Shown here: positions 45,151 to 54,098 of the stretch, one piece after another
Numbering within the stretch: the stretch's first letter is position 1
Layout: each line of letters begins with the position of its first letter
Origin: a virus
Taxonomy: Duplodnaviria; Caudoviricetes
Reading direction: 5' to 3' (one strand)
DNA length: 57,961 bases
IMG/VR virus record: IMGVR_UViG_3300031463_000009
Coordinates: 1-57,961 of that record
Program-made: the position numbers and the translations under genes
Notes under the pieces: model-generated
Database searches by the model: none
What the model was told of the DNA's origin: nothing
The model's input: the letters and a program-made list of their open reading frames with translations, nothing else

Positions 45151-45190
45151 TCTCCTTAGATGTTATATCAAAAATATGCAGTAATTTTCA
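45151..45190 (-). promoter_or_regulatory. Putative phage promoter (TGAAAA-N18-ATAA)
   Basis: Minus strand TGAAAA TTACTGCATATTTTTGAT ATAAC, heading the 5.6 kb accessory cluster. Confidence 0.5.
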
Positions 45191-45275
45191 CACTAATTAG
45201 TGTAAACTAATCATTTGCATTGCTGGGGCTAGTAAAAGTTAGTAATCTCTATTAAAATTTGGTTGGAGGACTGTA

Positions 45276-45767
45276 ATGAGTATTGTCGACAAACTAAGCA
45301 AGGTTCTTAAAAATAAGCAAGTTACTTCGAAGATTCTCCCAACTGTTGGAGGATTAGCTGCAGCTGGTGGTCTTGGGGGACTAATCGGAGCGGAAATTAC
45401 AAGACACGAAGAAGAATCTGGAAAAGGCCCAATCAAAACAACAACTAAAGGTATTTCTGGTAAAGTTCGTGTAGGGCCGTTAAACATAGAAGCCGAAAAG
45501 ACCGACCGAAGTGCTGGAATCGGTCCTGCCAAAGTCAGAATTGGAGGTTCTTCAAGAACTAAAGTAACTATTGGACCTTTTACTTACGATAGCGAGAAAG
45601 GAACTATCCGTTGGGATACCTTTAATGGTGGTCCTGTTTTAGAAGGACCTTCCGAAGTAATGTTAGATGTTATTAGAAAAGGGCAGGAGAACAAACAAGA
45701 GGGAATAGCTACGCTCACTCGATACATGCGTATGGGTGCAATAAGACAGGTTGGTGTGGTAAAGTAA
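45276..45767 (+). CDS. Putative virion protein with Gly/Ala TM-like helix
   Basis: 'VGGLAAAGGLGGLIGA'; repeated KV(R/T)(V/I)G(P/G) strands. Confidence 0.7.
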   Translation: MSIVDKLSKVLKNKQVTSKILPTVGGLAAAGGLGGLIGAEITRHEEESGKGPIKTTTKGISGKVRVGPLNIEAEKTDRSAGIGPAKVRIGGSSRTKVTIGPFTYDSEKGTIRWDTFNGGPVLEGPSEVMLDVIRKGQENKQEGIATLTRYMRMGAIRQVGVVK

Positions 45768-45768
45768 T

Positions 45769-46038
45769 ATGAAAGATTTTTCAGCACTCAAGAAACTTTT
45801 GGGTTTGCAGAAAATAGCCGTATCGCCACCCGGTTGGGCAGGGACTGTTGAAGCTATGAAGGAAAGGCACCCAGAAATCACTAACCCATGGGCGTTGGCG
45901 TGGTGGCAGTATAAGCGTGGGCATAAGTCGCATATACCCGAAAGTGCTGAGCATAAAGCCAAGAAAGCCGCCGAAAAGAAGGCCAGTTATTCAGCTTTGG
46001 CTAAACTAAAAGAGATTGCTGAAAAATACAAACGTTAA
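45769..46038 (+). CDS. Small putative virion protein
   Basis: 'SPPGWAGTVEAMK..HPEI.NPWALAWW' module flanked by QKIA and EKKA. Confidence 0.7.
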   Translation: MKDFSALKKLLGLQKIAVSPPGWAGTVEAMKERHPEITNPWALAWWQYKRGHKSHIPESAEHKAKKAAEKKASYSALAKLKEIAEKYKR

Positions 46039-46052
46039 GGAGATTGATCACA

Positions 46053-46928
46053 ATGGAAGTAACTAAAGAATTAATCCAAGACATAGTGCAGAAGGCATCG
46101 TCTTTGTTTTTAGAAGGTAGGGTATCCACTCCTACCGAGGCCACGATAAGTGTGCTGAAGACTGTGGATCTTCCTGTTCCTGCAATAGAGAGGGTATGTG
46201 AAGGTGTTAACACGGCTATTTATAGAGATTTATATTTGAATGGGAAGAAAAACCGGGCTGCAAAGTTTCCATTGTGTAATAAAGAAGAAGTTATCAGGGC
46301 TGTAAAAGGTAAGGTTGCAACTTCTCTTGGGTGGAAGATCCCACCTGAAAAAGCAAGTCTGCCGGGAGCTAAAACAGCATCCGCCGATATGAAGAAAGCT
46401 GCAAGTGCTGAGCTAGCTACTAATAAAGATTATTTACATCCTCCTGAGGTGTCTTTGACATCTAAAAGGGCATTACAAGCCCTTGAAAAGTGGGCATCTC
46501 AACCCAAGCTTGCTCCAGATACTCTTGTGTTTGACAACGTTTTTATTGCCGATAAATGGTTAAGGATCATCGTGGATGCTGAACAAAAGATGAACACCAA
46601 GCTTGCTTCATTACAGAACGAGATCAGCAAGTTGATAGGCGCTATTAGTGACACAGCTTGGAGAACCTGTTTGGATGGAGTCCCTGTTGGAGATATTGTT
46701 AAATTGGCGGAGAGTAATCCGGGCATAGTCAGGTTCGTCCAAGAATGGACTTTGAGTAGAACAGGTAAACCAAATGATTTACAATCTACAGATAAGGAGA
46801 TAAATCCGGAGCATCCTTTAGTTAAGATGCTTATGGAATATGAACTGGCTACTGCCACCACTCGAAAGGTAGCTAGTGCTTTGAAAAAGATAGTTAAACT
46901 TAGAAAAAGGGTGGAAAAAGTAAGATGA
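46053..46928 (+). CDS. Putative prohead protein (many K-x-A-S sites)
   Basis: KTAS, KKAAS, KWAS, KLAS, KVAS; AAGGAG RBS. Confidence 0.65.
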   Translation: MEVTKELIQDIVQKASSLFLEGRVSTPTEATISVLKTVDLPVPAIERVCEGVNTAIYRDLYLNGKKNRAAKFPLCNKEEVIRAVKGKVATSLGWKIPPEKASLPGAKTASADMKKAASAELATNKDYLHPPEVSLTSKRALQALEKWASQPKLAPDTLVFDNVFIADKWLRIIVDAEQKMNTKLASLQNEISKLIGAISDTAWRTCLDGVPVGDIVKLAESNPGIVRFVQEWTLSRTGKPNDLQSTDKEINPEHPLVKMLMEYELATATTRKVASALKKIVKLRKRVEKVR

Positions 46929-47176
46929 AAGCTTTTGTTAAAGAGTTTGAGAAACAGGCCGGTGCTCTTAAGCTGTTGACAGCCCCTTTAAGAATTTTAA
47001 ACCCATTTGCTGCTAGGAATGGTCTATTTCGCGAAGTTAGGGCTGCCGTTCCATGGGCGCTTTGGGATGTTCCTTTTGATATTAAATCTACTATTAATGA
47101 TATTGGACAAATGGGGGCTAGGAGACATTTGGCAAGGTATGGCTATTGGCCTCAGCCTCCTTTAGGAGAAGACTAG
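46925..47176 (+). CDS. Small precursor with MKAFVKEFEKQA leader
   Basis: Leader nearly identical to that of the next gene. Confidence 0.75.
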   Translation: MKAFVKEFEKQAGALKLLTAPLRILNPFAARNGLFREVRAAVPWALWDVPFDIKSTINDIGQMGARRHLARYGYWPQPPLGED

Positions 47177-47178
47177 AT

Positions 47179-47436
47179 ATGAAGACATTTGTTAAAGAGT
47201 TTGAAAAAGCAGCCGCCGCTCCCGAAGAGGGCGCCCCATTGTCGGCAATAGCGTTTAATCTTCTGCGTCTTCCGTTTGAATTATATGGATTAGGTCTACA
47301 GAAGTATCCGCTACTTACTATAGGTGGAACAGCTTATCTGTTGTACAAGAGACCTTGGGAGCGCTTTTTCAACAGAGATCAAGAGGCTGGACCGATGCCT
47401 GGATATTCTGGTGGCGGAGGTCAATTTAGTCTATGA
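47179..47436 (+). CDS. Small precursor with MKTFVKEFEKAA leader
   Basis: AGGAG RBS before ATG 47179; TM-like segment. Confidence 0.75.
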   Translation: MKTFVKEFEKAAAAPEEGAPLSAIAFNLLRLPFELYGLGLQKYPLLTIGGTAYLLYKRPWERFFNRDQEAGPMPGYSGGGGQFSL

Positions 47437-47945
47437 ATAAAAATGCAGGAATACTGGATCGGACTGCATGGGAGGCTTCCTATAAGCCTTTCAAACCCAT
47501 TCTTCCGTTATGGATGGATATTATCCCTGGAGGGGCTAACGGAATAAAGAAGCTGTTTAAGACCTTGGCTTTTCCGGTTGCCTTGTCCGCGGTATATCTC
47601 ATAGGTCAGGGTGTGTGGAAGGCTAAAGATAAGTTGTTGATAAATAGGAATTTGGATGCTGTTTTGGAGCAACGACCCGAACTAAAAGAGTATCCTGTGG
47701 AAGACGTACGTAAAGCTTTAGGGGCAATATATACAATTAATCCTGATATAGCTTCTAATCCTGTGTATGCAGCTGATTTGATAAAGCAGACACTTGATGC
47801 TGGAGCAAAAGCTCCTCCTTTGGCGGCAGTTAAAGAACTTGGAGAAATCAAAAAGATTATGAAAGGACCCGGTTCATCAGAGACGATGAAAAATCTTGCT
47901 GTGCGCATCATTGGTAGTCTTCCTTCAGTGATATTAAAAGGTTAG
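47433..47945 (+). CDS. Putative virion protein
   Basis: Starts MNKNA; hydrophobic helix; immediately upstream of protease. Confidence 0.65.
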   Translation: MNKNAGILDRTAWEASYKPFKPILPLWMDIIPGGANGIKKLFKTLAFPVALSAVYLIGQGVWKAKDKLLINRNLDAVLEQRPELKEYPVEDVRKALGAIYTINPDIASNPVYAADLIKQTLDAGAKAPPLAAVKELGEIKKIMKGPGSSETMKNLAVRIIGSLPSVILKG

Positions 47946-47959
47946 AATTGGGATAAACA

Positions 47960-49384
47960 ATGATAAAAAGAATTTTTACAGGTGGTCAGAAACCGGTAGC
48001 AGGATGGGGGAGTAGACAAGGATTAGTTCTTTCCCCTCAGATAGGTCTTGTTAAATTCGGAGCTTCTGGGTCTGCTGTAGAACTTGGATATAGGCCAAAA
48101 GAGGTTCATGAGTTTTTACAGACATATAAGGTGACCCCTGGGCATTTTGCTCTTAGGATAGTCCCTATGGGAGCTTCTGAGGTTTGGGGACCTAATGATA
48201 GAGGAGACATCTGGCCTGAATCTGGCCTCCATCCGACAGACGAACAAGGAAGAGAACTTACGGATGTTTGGTGGGGATACAAATCTTTTGAAAAGAATGC
48301 CCACGTGTATCGGCATCATTTTAATTTTGATCCGAGTTTTTCCATTGGAAGAATCGTTAAAGCGTTCTGGGACCCAGATATGCACCGCATTGAGTTGGTT
48401 GCTGAAGTAAATTCTGAACAAGCTCCAGACATTAAAGAAGCCGCCGAAAGAGGTGATGTAATTGAAGGTTCTATGGGAGCCAAAATCCCAGAAGGCGATG
48501 TATGTTCTGTGTGCTATAACAGAGCTCTCAACAGAAGCATGTATTGTACCGACCTTCGTGAGCATATGGGAGAATTAACAAAAGAAGGTGCTTATATAGG
48601 GGCGATTAACGAGAAGCCAAAGTTTTTTGATTACTCTATCGTAACAAAGCCAGCAGCCAAAGAGAGTGGCACTGTAGAATTTCTAAAAGCAGCATCAGCT
48701 AAACTATCCAGTGCAGACCTTGCTTACGAAATAAAATATGATCCTGATAAAGTGGCTATGGAGCAGATGATCTATGAATATAGTCCAAAAGCCCACAGGA
48801 TTATGTCCAGGGAGAAAGAAATCCCAACAAACTATTTACTCAAGTTAGGAAGTTCTGTTCCCCTCCCTGTAAGTGTTTCAACTTTGTATTCTCTGGGGAT
48901 TCTTTTGAATCCTCTTGAGTTCCAGACATTGGTTTTGTCTGGGACTAATACTAAACTGGCTGAGGCGTATGCTTCTAATAGATTAGTGTTTCCACCAAGC
49001 AAATACTCTGAGCCCTTTACTATTGACCTATCATTAGTCGACAAAGAATTAGTGCAACAATTAGTAAAGTTTGCAGACTATAGAAGTGGCTTTGAGCCTT
49101 ATTTTCTGGCACGCTGGAGAGGTATTATACCTCCTGATATTCCACAGGTATTTAGAGTATTTACTGGTGATGCTCTTCTCAATAAGATTGGTAGTATTTA
49201 CAATGGATATAGAGAGGAAGCCTTGAAAAATTTAGGCAAGCTCATTGATTATTATAAAACGAGTCCGTCGACCGTAACGCCGTTCGGAATTACTTTGGAA
49301 AAATCGGCGTGCTGGTTGGGGGGTCTTGAAAGCCCGGTTACAAGACTTTATTTTAGGGCTTTCTGCAATTATTCATGGAAATAA
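47960..49384 (+). CDS. Prohead maturation protease (HK97/herpes-fold serine protease) with Zn insert and C-terminal extension
   Basis: 'VYRHH....SIGRI' (His), 'EGSMG' (Ser), 'CSVC...C..L..H' insert, 'FFDYSIVTKPA'; upstream of capsid gene. Confidence 0.8.
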   Translation: MIKRIFTGGQKPVAGWGSRQGLVLSPQIGLVKFGASGSAVELGYRPKEVHEFLQTYKVTPGHFALRIVPMGASEVWGPNDRGDIWPESGLHPTDEQGRELTDVWWGYKSFEKNAHVYRHHFNFDPSFSIGRIVKAFWDPDMHRIELVAEVNSEQAPDIKEAAERGDVIEGSMGAKIPEGDVCSVCYNRALNRSMYCTDLREHMGELTKEGAYIGAINEKPKFFDYSIVTKPAAKESGTVEFLKAASAKLSSADLAYEIKYDPDKVAMEQMIYEYSPKAHRIMSREKEIPTNYLLKLGSSVPLPVSVSTLYSLGILLNPLEFQTLVLSGTNTKLAEAYASNRLVFPPSKYSEPFTIDLSLVDKELVQQLVKFADYRSGFEPYFLARWRGIIPPDIPQVFRVFTGDALLNKIGSIYNGYREEALKNLGKLIDYYKTSPSTVTPFGITLEKSACWLGGLESPVTRLYFRAFCNYSWK

Positions 49385-49434
49385 GTACTGGCTCGACCAG
49401 TAGTTTCCGTGGAAAGAAATTTGGAGGAATTACT

Positions 49435-49788
49435 ATGGAAAAAGTAAAAGCTAGTGAGTTGATCAGGGACATTACCGAGGCTCCGATTGAGGATCTTGAG
49501 GAAGCGTTTCTCAGCATGGTGGTTGGTGATCAGTCTAAACAGGCGGCGTCCGGTATTGACGAGTCAGTGATTGTGGACATTGCTGAGCAGTATGGTGTGT
49601 CTCCGGAGTCTTTGCTTGAAGCGGTTGAGCTACTTGGGGAGGAACCAGATATTGGGCAGGCTCCTGTGGAAAGAAAGGTAGCAGACCTTGGCATCAGCGA
49701 AGAAGAGTATCGGGAAGTTCTTGGATCAGCTATCCTGGAGGCCGCCTCTGATTTAGGGCTTCTGGAAGATGATCTTTCTTCCAAATAA
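49435..49788 (+). CDS. Acidic scaffold-like protein
   Basis: Very Glu/Asp rich; KQAA and KVAD sites; GGAGG RBS before 49435. Confidence 0.55.
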   Translation: MEKVKASELIRDITEAPIEDLEEAFLSMVVGDQSKQAASGIDESVIVDIAEQYGVSPESLLEAVELLGEEPDIGQAPVERKVADLGISEEEYREVLGSAILEAASDLGLLEDDLSSK

Positions 49789-49809
49789 TTTTAAGGAGGT
49801 TAGATTACA

Positions 49810-50205
49810 ATGGTGTGGGATAAAGTAGATGCGCTTGATCCTATTGTAAGAATCCTCAGTGGATTCAATGCCACTGATGCTTCTATTACTAAAGAGGCCC
49901 AGAAACAGTCCGAAGTTACCGAACAGGCCGACGGACTTTTGGCTGCTTTAGGGATTTCTGATCTTGCAGACGAGAGTGTTGATTCTAGCCTAAAAGGTGG
50001 GAAGAAAGAGGCGGAGTCGCCTAATCCTGAGGCGGAACTGGCGAATAGACTTGGGGTTATTATGGCTGACTCCTGTGCTAACAGACTGGATGAGCTTCTG
50101 TCTGGAGAATTTGAAGCAAAGGAAGCTGAAAGTTCAAGCTATGATAAGACCCAGCTTTTCGACGACGCTCTCGCTTTGGTCTTGGCCAGACGTGGTTTGA
50201 TCTAA
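49810..50205 (+). CDS. Acidic scaffold-like protein
   Basis: Three KEA sites; 'LGVIMADS' helix. Confidence 0.55.
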   Translation: MVWDKVDALDPIVRILSGFNATDASITKEAQKQSEVTEQADGLLAALGISDLADESVDSSLKGGKKEAESPNPEAELANRLGVIMADSCANRLDELLSGEFEAKEAESSSYDKTQLFDDALALVLARRGLI

Positions 50206-50229
50206 TCTTGCCATTTCTGGAGGTGCCAG

Positions 50230-50592
50230 ATGAATGAAGAAGAGGCTAAACTCTTTGGAGAGCTTTGTGCGGAGATGACTTTTACCAAATTGGCACAAGC
50301 CAAACTTTTGGCTCCACTTGTTATGGGTGCGGTAAAAAAGTTTGGCGGGAGACTTGTGCTTGACAAGCTTCTAGCAAAAGAAGGAATTAAAGGTCTTGAA
50401 GAATTTGGTACTTTGGATATTTTCAAAACACTCACACACACCCTTTTTCACCCTCAGCTTGGCTGGAGCCATCCTGTAACTAGGCAGCTTGCTGGAGAGT
50501 TATTTTCTCGTCCTGCTACATGGGGAACTCTTTATGCCGGCCACCAAATGCTTACCGGTCGTCCACTTATTCCTAAATTAAGGAGTGATTAA
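50230..50592 (+). CDS. Putative virion precursor (acidic leader ending TKLA)
   Basis: 'EEEAKLFGELCAEMTFTKLA', then an amphipathic segment. Confidence 0.65.
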   Translation: MNEEEAKLFGELCAEMTFTKLAQAKLLAPLVMGAVKKFGGRLVLDKLLAKEGIKGLEEFGTLDIFKTLTHTLFHPQLGWSHPVTRQLAGELFSRPATWGTLYAGHQMLTGRPLIPKLRSD

Positions 50593-51198
50593 ATGCCGAC
50601 ATTTAAGGAGATATTTGATCCTGAGCTTGACAAAGAAGCAGCGGGTCCTAGTTTCTGGTTTTGGCGTCTTCTTGGTGAAGGACTGAAGAAAGTCCCATTA
50701 CTCAAAGGAGTAGGTGAACAATCCTTAGTGAGAGCTGTACGTGGTGCACTTACTCCAAAAGGCATAATACCTTATGAACTTCACGTTCCTAGTGTTCTCG
50801 CAGAAGATACAGCAGTTAAAAATTTGTTTAACTCTCTTTCTCGTCAAGGCAAGACTAGACTTCTTGGTACAATGTTTGAAAGAGGTGGTGAGCCTGCACT
50901 TAAGTCCATAGCTACTGAATATAAGCTCGGTAAAAAACACCAAGAAAGCATGTTAGGCCTACTTAAAGAGAGAGCTAAATCTAGTAACATACCGGTCCCT
51001 GGTGTTTTTAATCCTGCGAAAGAAAAAGCCGAACAAGAAGCTGCAGAACTCGCAAAAAATGAGACTAAAAAAGGTTGGGGGGAGAAAATTCCTTGGTGGG
51101 CTGGTGGATTGGCCGGCTATGCCGCTCACGATTTAATTTCGGGTGGCGGAGGAGGAGGGGTAGGAAACGGTAAACAAAGGACGGTGATTATAGGATGA
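50593..51198 (+). CDS. Putative virion precursor (leader ending DKEA)
   Basis: 'MPTFKEIFDPELDKEA'; C-terminal 'WWAGGLAGYAA'. Confidence 0.65.
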   Translation: MPTFKEIFDPELDKEAAGPSFWFWRLLGEGLKKVPLLKGVGEQSLVRAVRGALTPKGIIPYELHVPSVLAEDTAVKNLFNSLSRQGKTRLLGTMFERGGEPALKSIATEYKLGKKHQESMLGLLKERAKSSNIPVPGVFNPAKEKAEQEAAELAKNETKKGWGEKIPWWAGGLAGYAAHDLISGGGGGGVGNGKQRTVIIG

Positions 51199-51854
51199 CT
51201 TTATCTCCACTTACACAAGGTTTGATGGCAGGTTCTGTTGTATCTCCTTTGCTTAGTCCGATTGCAGGGATTCCTGTTGGATATGGAGTTTATAGGCATG
51301 CGAAGAAGAATGTCGTTCCACAGGAAGTTGTTCCACAAGAAGAAGCTCCTAATCCACCTAGTAGCCATCTTGGACTGAAAGCAGGTCTTTTAGGGTTAGG
51401 GCTATTAGGCGTTGGTGGAGCTTTAGCAGCTTTGGCAAGTAGAAGATGGGGAGTTCCATCGTTAGCTTTTGCTAAGGCTTCTAGGTTAATAAGTAGAGCG
51501 GTTAAAAGCACTAATCCGGAGATAGCTCAGTTCTATGCTTCTGAAGCTGGGTCTTTAGTTGGGCAGATTCTTAATAGAGCTCCCGCTCCAGCTATTGGTC
51601 TTCTTGAGCATTTCGCTAAAAAACTTCCAAGTAATGAGATGAGACATCAGTTTTATACTTCCGCCGGTCATTTCTTTGAACCAGCAAGTACTATTGCAAA
51701 TGCCCTTAGACCAGAAAAGGCTAAACAGCTATTACTGAGCCCGGCTACAGCTGGAGCTTTAGGAGTCGGTGGTCTTCTGATTGGTCATCAGTTGGGAAAA
51801 CGGAGATCTTCTGGTGGTGGAGCTAAGAATGTAAGGCTTTACAATATAGAGTAA
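51195..51854 (+). CDS. Putative membrane-inserting virion protein
   Basis: Three Gly-rich hydrophobic helices, each followed by basic residues. Confidence 0.65.
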   Translation: MTLSPLTQGLMAGSVVSPLLSPIAGIPVGYGVYRHAKKNVVPQEVVPQEEAPNPPSSHLGLKAGLLGLGLLGVGGALAALASRRWGVPSLAFAKASRLISRAVKSTNPEIAQFYASEAGSLVGQILNRAPAPAIGLLEHFAKKLPSNEMRHQFYTSAGHFFEPASTIANALRPEKAKQLLLSPATAGALGVGGLLIGHQLGKRRSSGGGAKNVRLYNIE

Positions 51855-51868
51855 TGAGGAGGAATTAG

Positions 51869-52117
51869 ATGCCGACCATATTAGATCTTTTAGAAAAAGA
51901 ACTAACAGAAGCTGAGGAAAAGAAAAAAGCAAAAGCTCAGCCTGTGCAGAAGGATGAAAGCGAGAAGACTGAAGCTTCTGCACCTAAGGAGGCATCCGTT
52001 ACTCAAAATACTCCAACAGACTCCGAATTAGTCCAAGCCAGTATTACTCTATTACACGGCTTGGCAGAACTAATAGAGAATGATAGATTAGTCATTGAAG
52101 GATTAGGAAATGACTAA
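51869..52117 (+). CDS. Small acidic protein (scaffold-like)
   Basis: GGAGG RBS; KEAS site. Confidence 0.6.
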   Translation: MPTILDLLEKELTEAEEKKKAKAQPVQKDESEKTEASAPKEASVTQNTPTDSELVQASITLLHGLAELIENDRLVIEGLGND

Positions 52118-52400
52118 ACATGAATTAGTTGGAGCTCTTAGAAAAACAGCTGAGTTGTTAACTAAACTCAGCGAAGAAAATCAAGAGCTTCGGCAAAAGA
52201 TAGCCTCTATGGAAGAGGCATCGAAGATTGAGGACTTTGAAATTAAGTCAGCTTCAGCTGCGCCAAATATTGTGGCCAGAGAAGAAGCGACTAAGACAGC
52301 GTCTGGATGGATAGAGTCTCTTGGTGAACCTGCAGTTCCACAGATGACCGATCCTGTGCAGACCCTGATAGATATGATTTTTGAAAAAGGAGGTAACTAA
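52110..52400 (+). CDS. Coiled-coil scaffold-like protein
   Basis: KTAE, KIAS, KSAS, KTAS sites; just upstream of capsid genes. Confidence 0.6.
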   Translation: MTKHELVGALRKTAELLTKLSEENQELRQKIASMEEASKIEDFEIKSASAAPNIVAREEATKTASGWIESLGEPAVPQMTDPVQTLIDMIFEKGGN

Positions 52401-52402
52401 TA

Positions 52403-52807
52403 ATGATCGAACTAAAAGATAGTCTTGGAGTAAATGTGGTCAAAGATTCCATGGCAGTTGCAGATACTACTGACTGGGATAATATCAACGAGGGTATGTT
52501 CCTTGCTATTGGTGATACTGGGTTGCTCGAGAGGTCTTCTGCTAACAGCAAACCTAAGTATTTCCCAGTGCTTTCTAAAGATAAGTCTGGGAAGGCGCTT
52601 GGTCAGGTTGTATATCTGAGAGGAAACTCTTATATTATCAAGACCGACCAGGTTGCTGGTAGTATGTCTGTTGGTGGTTCTTGCACAGTAGATACCACTG
52701 CCAAAGGCAAGTTGACTACAGCTAGTGGGTCTGCGACTGTTGTAGGAATTGTTTTGGAAAAAGAAACCGTTGGTGGGACCGATTATTACACCATTCTGGT
52801 TCTTTAA
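52403..52807 (+). CDS. Probable capsid decoration/cement protein
   Basis: 134-aa beta-rich protein ('GKL......VVGIV') directly before MCP. Confidence 0.6.
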   Translation: MIELKDSLGVNVVKDSMAVADTTDWDNINEGMFLAIGDTGLLERSSANSKPKYFPVLSKDKSGKALGQVVYLRGNSYIIKTDQVAGSMSVGGSCTVDTTAKGKLTTASGSATVVGIVLEKETVGGTDYYTILVL

Positions 52808-52832
52808 TTTGTATAAAAGGAGGTAATTAACA

Positions 52833-53936
52833 ATGACTTATCCGTATACAACCCTTGAAGTCAATACTGGGTTTTGGGACAATTTTACTGGTAATCTTAT
52901 TTGGGCTAAAGAGGCTCAGCAGGTTGCTGGATCTATTGTCACCAATATCGTTCGTGAGACCAGTTTTGCGGAAAAAATATTGGATTTCAAACCTGCGATT
53001 GGAAACGAGGTTGTTCCATATCCTAATTCCAAAGAACTGGCGATTGTGGCGTGGTTAGAGAAAGGGGCGAGAGCAGGTGTTTATCCTTTCTATCATGCTG
53101 GCAGCGGAGTTGGAGAAGCTAAACTGTTTACTACAGACAAATTCTTCGTTCCGTTCATTACTCTTAAAACCACTGAGATGAACTTCACCAGAGCAGAGCT
53201 TGCGGCATATCCGAAACCGATAACATCTATCTTTCAGGATGACATCGGAACTTATTTATCAACCATTCTTGACTGGTATTTCCTAAAGACAGCAGAGGCG
53301 GCTGTGACAGCGTCTGGTCAAGATGTGGCGGTCGGTTCAAGCACCGATCTTTCTTTGCCTGATGCTATAGATAAGACCGATATTACTCGGCTGCAGAATT
53401 TGTCTACAGATGGCAAAGACCTCAAGACCATCCTTATTTGCTTTAAGGATTGGAATAGGTTGTTTGAACTTCCTCATACTACTTTGTCTACCGACCTTAT
53501 CGCGCAGGTAGAAAAGAAGGGTGCTGATGCTTTCCAAGGATTCGGGGACTGCACCTGGATCGTTTCACGGAAGGAGCGCCTGTTAAGGCCTGGTATTATT
53601 TATGGGTTTGTCAATGATGAGAATATGAGGAGAATCGCTGGAGCGTCTGAAGACAGGACCTTCTTGGGTATTGCTAGGACACTTGGAAATACCGTGGTGT
53701 TGCTTGACAATACTATGGGTCGTCTGAGAATAGCTGGCGAGCGTTGGGTTGCGTTTGCTATTGGCAATATAACCAGTGTAGGCAGAATAGCGTTGTTTGA
53801 TGCTGATATATCTGAGCCTTACGGTGATGGGCTTACTGGAGAAGCAGCGCTTGACGCTTACAAAGAAGTTCCTGCTTGGACAACTGTTTGGCCTTCTGAC
53901 CTTTCTGCATCTAATGTGCAGGGAGGTATTGCATAA
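52833..53936 (+). CDS. Major capsid protein (probable HK97 fold)
   Basis: 367 aa, strong AAGGAGGT RBS, follows protease/scaffold/decoration genes, followed by a strong terminator. Confidence 0.75.
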   Translation: MTYPYTTLEVNTGFWDNFTGNLIWAKEAQQVAGSIVTNIVRETSFAEKILDFKPAIGNEVVPYPNSKELAIVAWLEKGARAGVYPFYHAGSGVGEAKLFTTDKFFVPFITLKTTEMNFTRAELAAYPKPITSIFQDDIGTYLSTILDWYFLKTAEAAVTASGQDVAVGSSTDLSLPDAIDKTDITRLQNLSTDGKDLKTILICFKDWNRLFELPHTTLSTDLIAQVEKKGADAFQGFGDCTWIVSRKERLLRPGIIYGFVNDENMRRIAGASEDRTFLGIARTLGNTVVLLDNTMGRLRIAGERWVAFAIGNITSVGRIALFDADISEPYGDGLTGEAALDAYKEVPAWTTVWPSDLSASNVQGGIA

Positions 53937-53978
53937 CCATTTGCTAATCGCTTAATCCTCTTCTCCCTTTTGGTGGAT

Positions 53979-54028
53979 GACCCGGTGGCTGGTTACAACA
54001 ACCAACTCACCGGGTCTTTCCTTTTTTA
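53979..54028 (+). terminator. Intrinsic terminator after MCP
   Basis: GACCCGGTG...CACCGGGTC stem, then TTTCCTTTTTT. Confidence 0.8.
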
Positions 54029-54054
54029 CTGGTTATTTTCAACGATACTTTGTC

Positions 54055-54083
54055 TTGACAGAATACAAGTTTCTAGTTATCTT
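54055..54083 (+). promoter_or_regulatory. Sigma70-like promoter
   Basis: TTGACA-N17-TATCTT. Confidence 0.55.
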
Positions 54084-54098
54084 TAGTTTAGGGATAAC

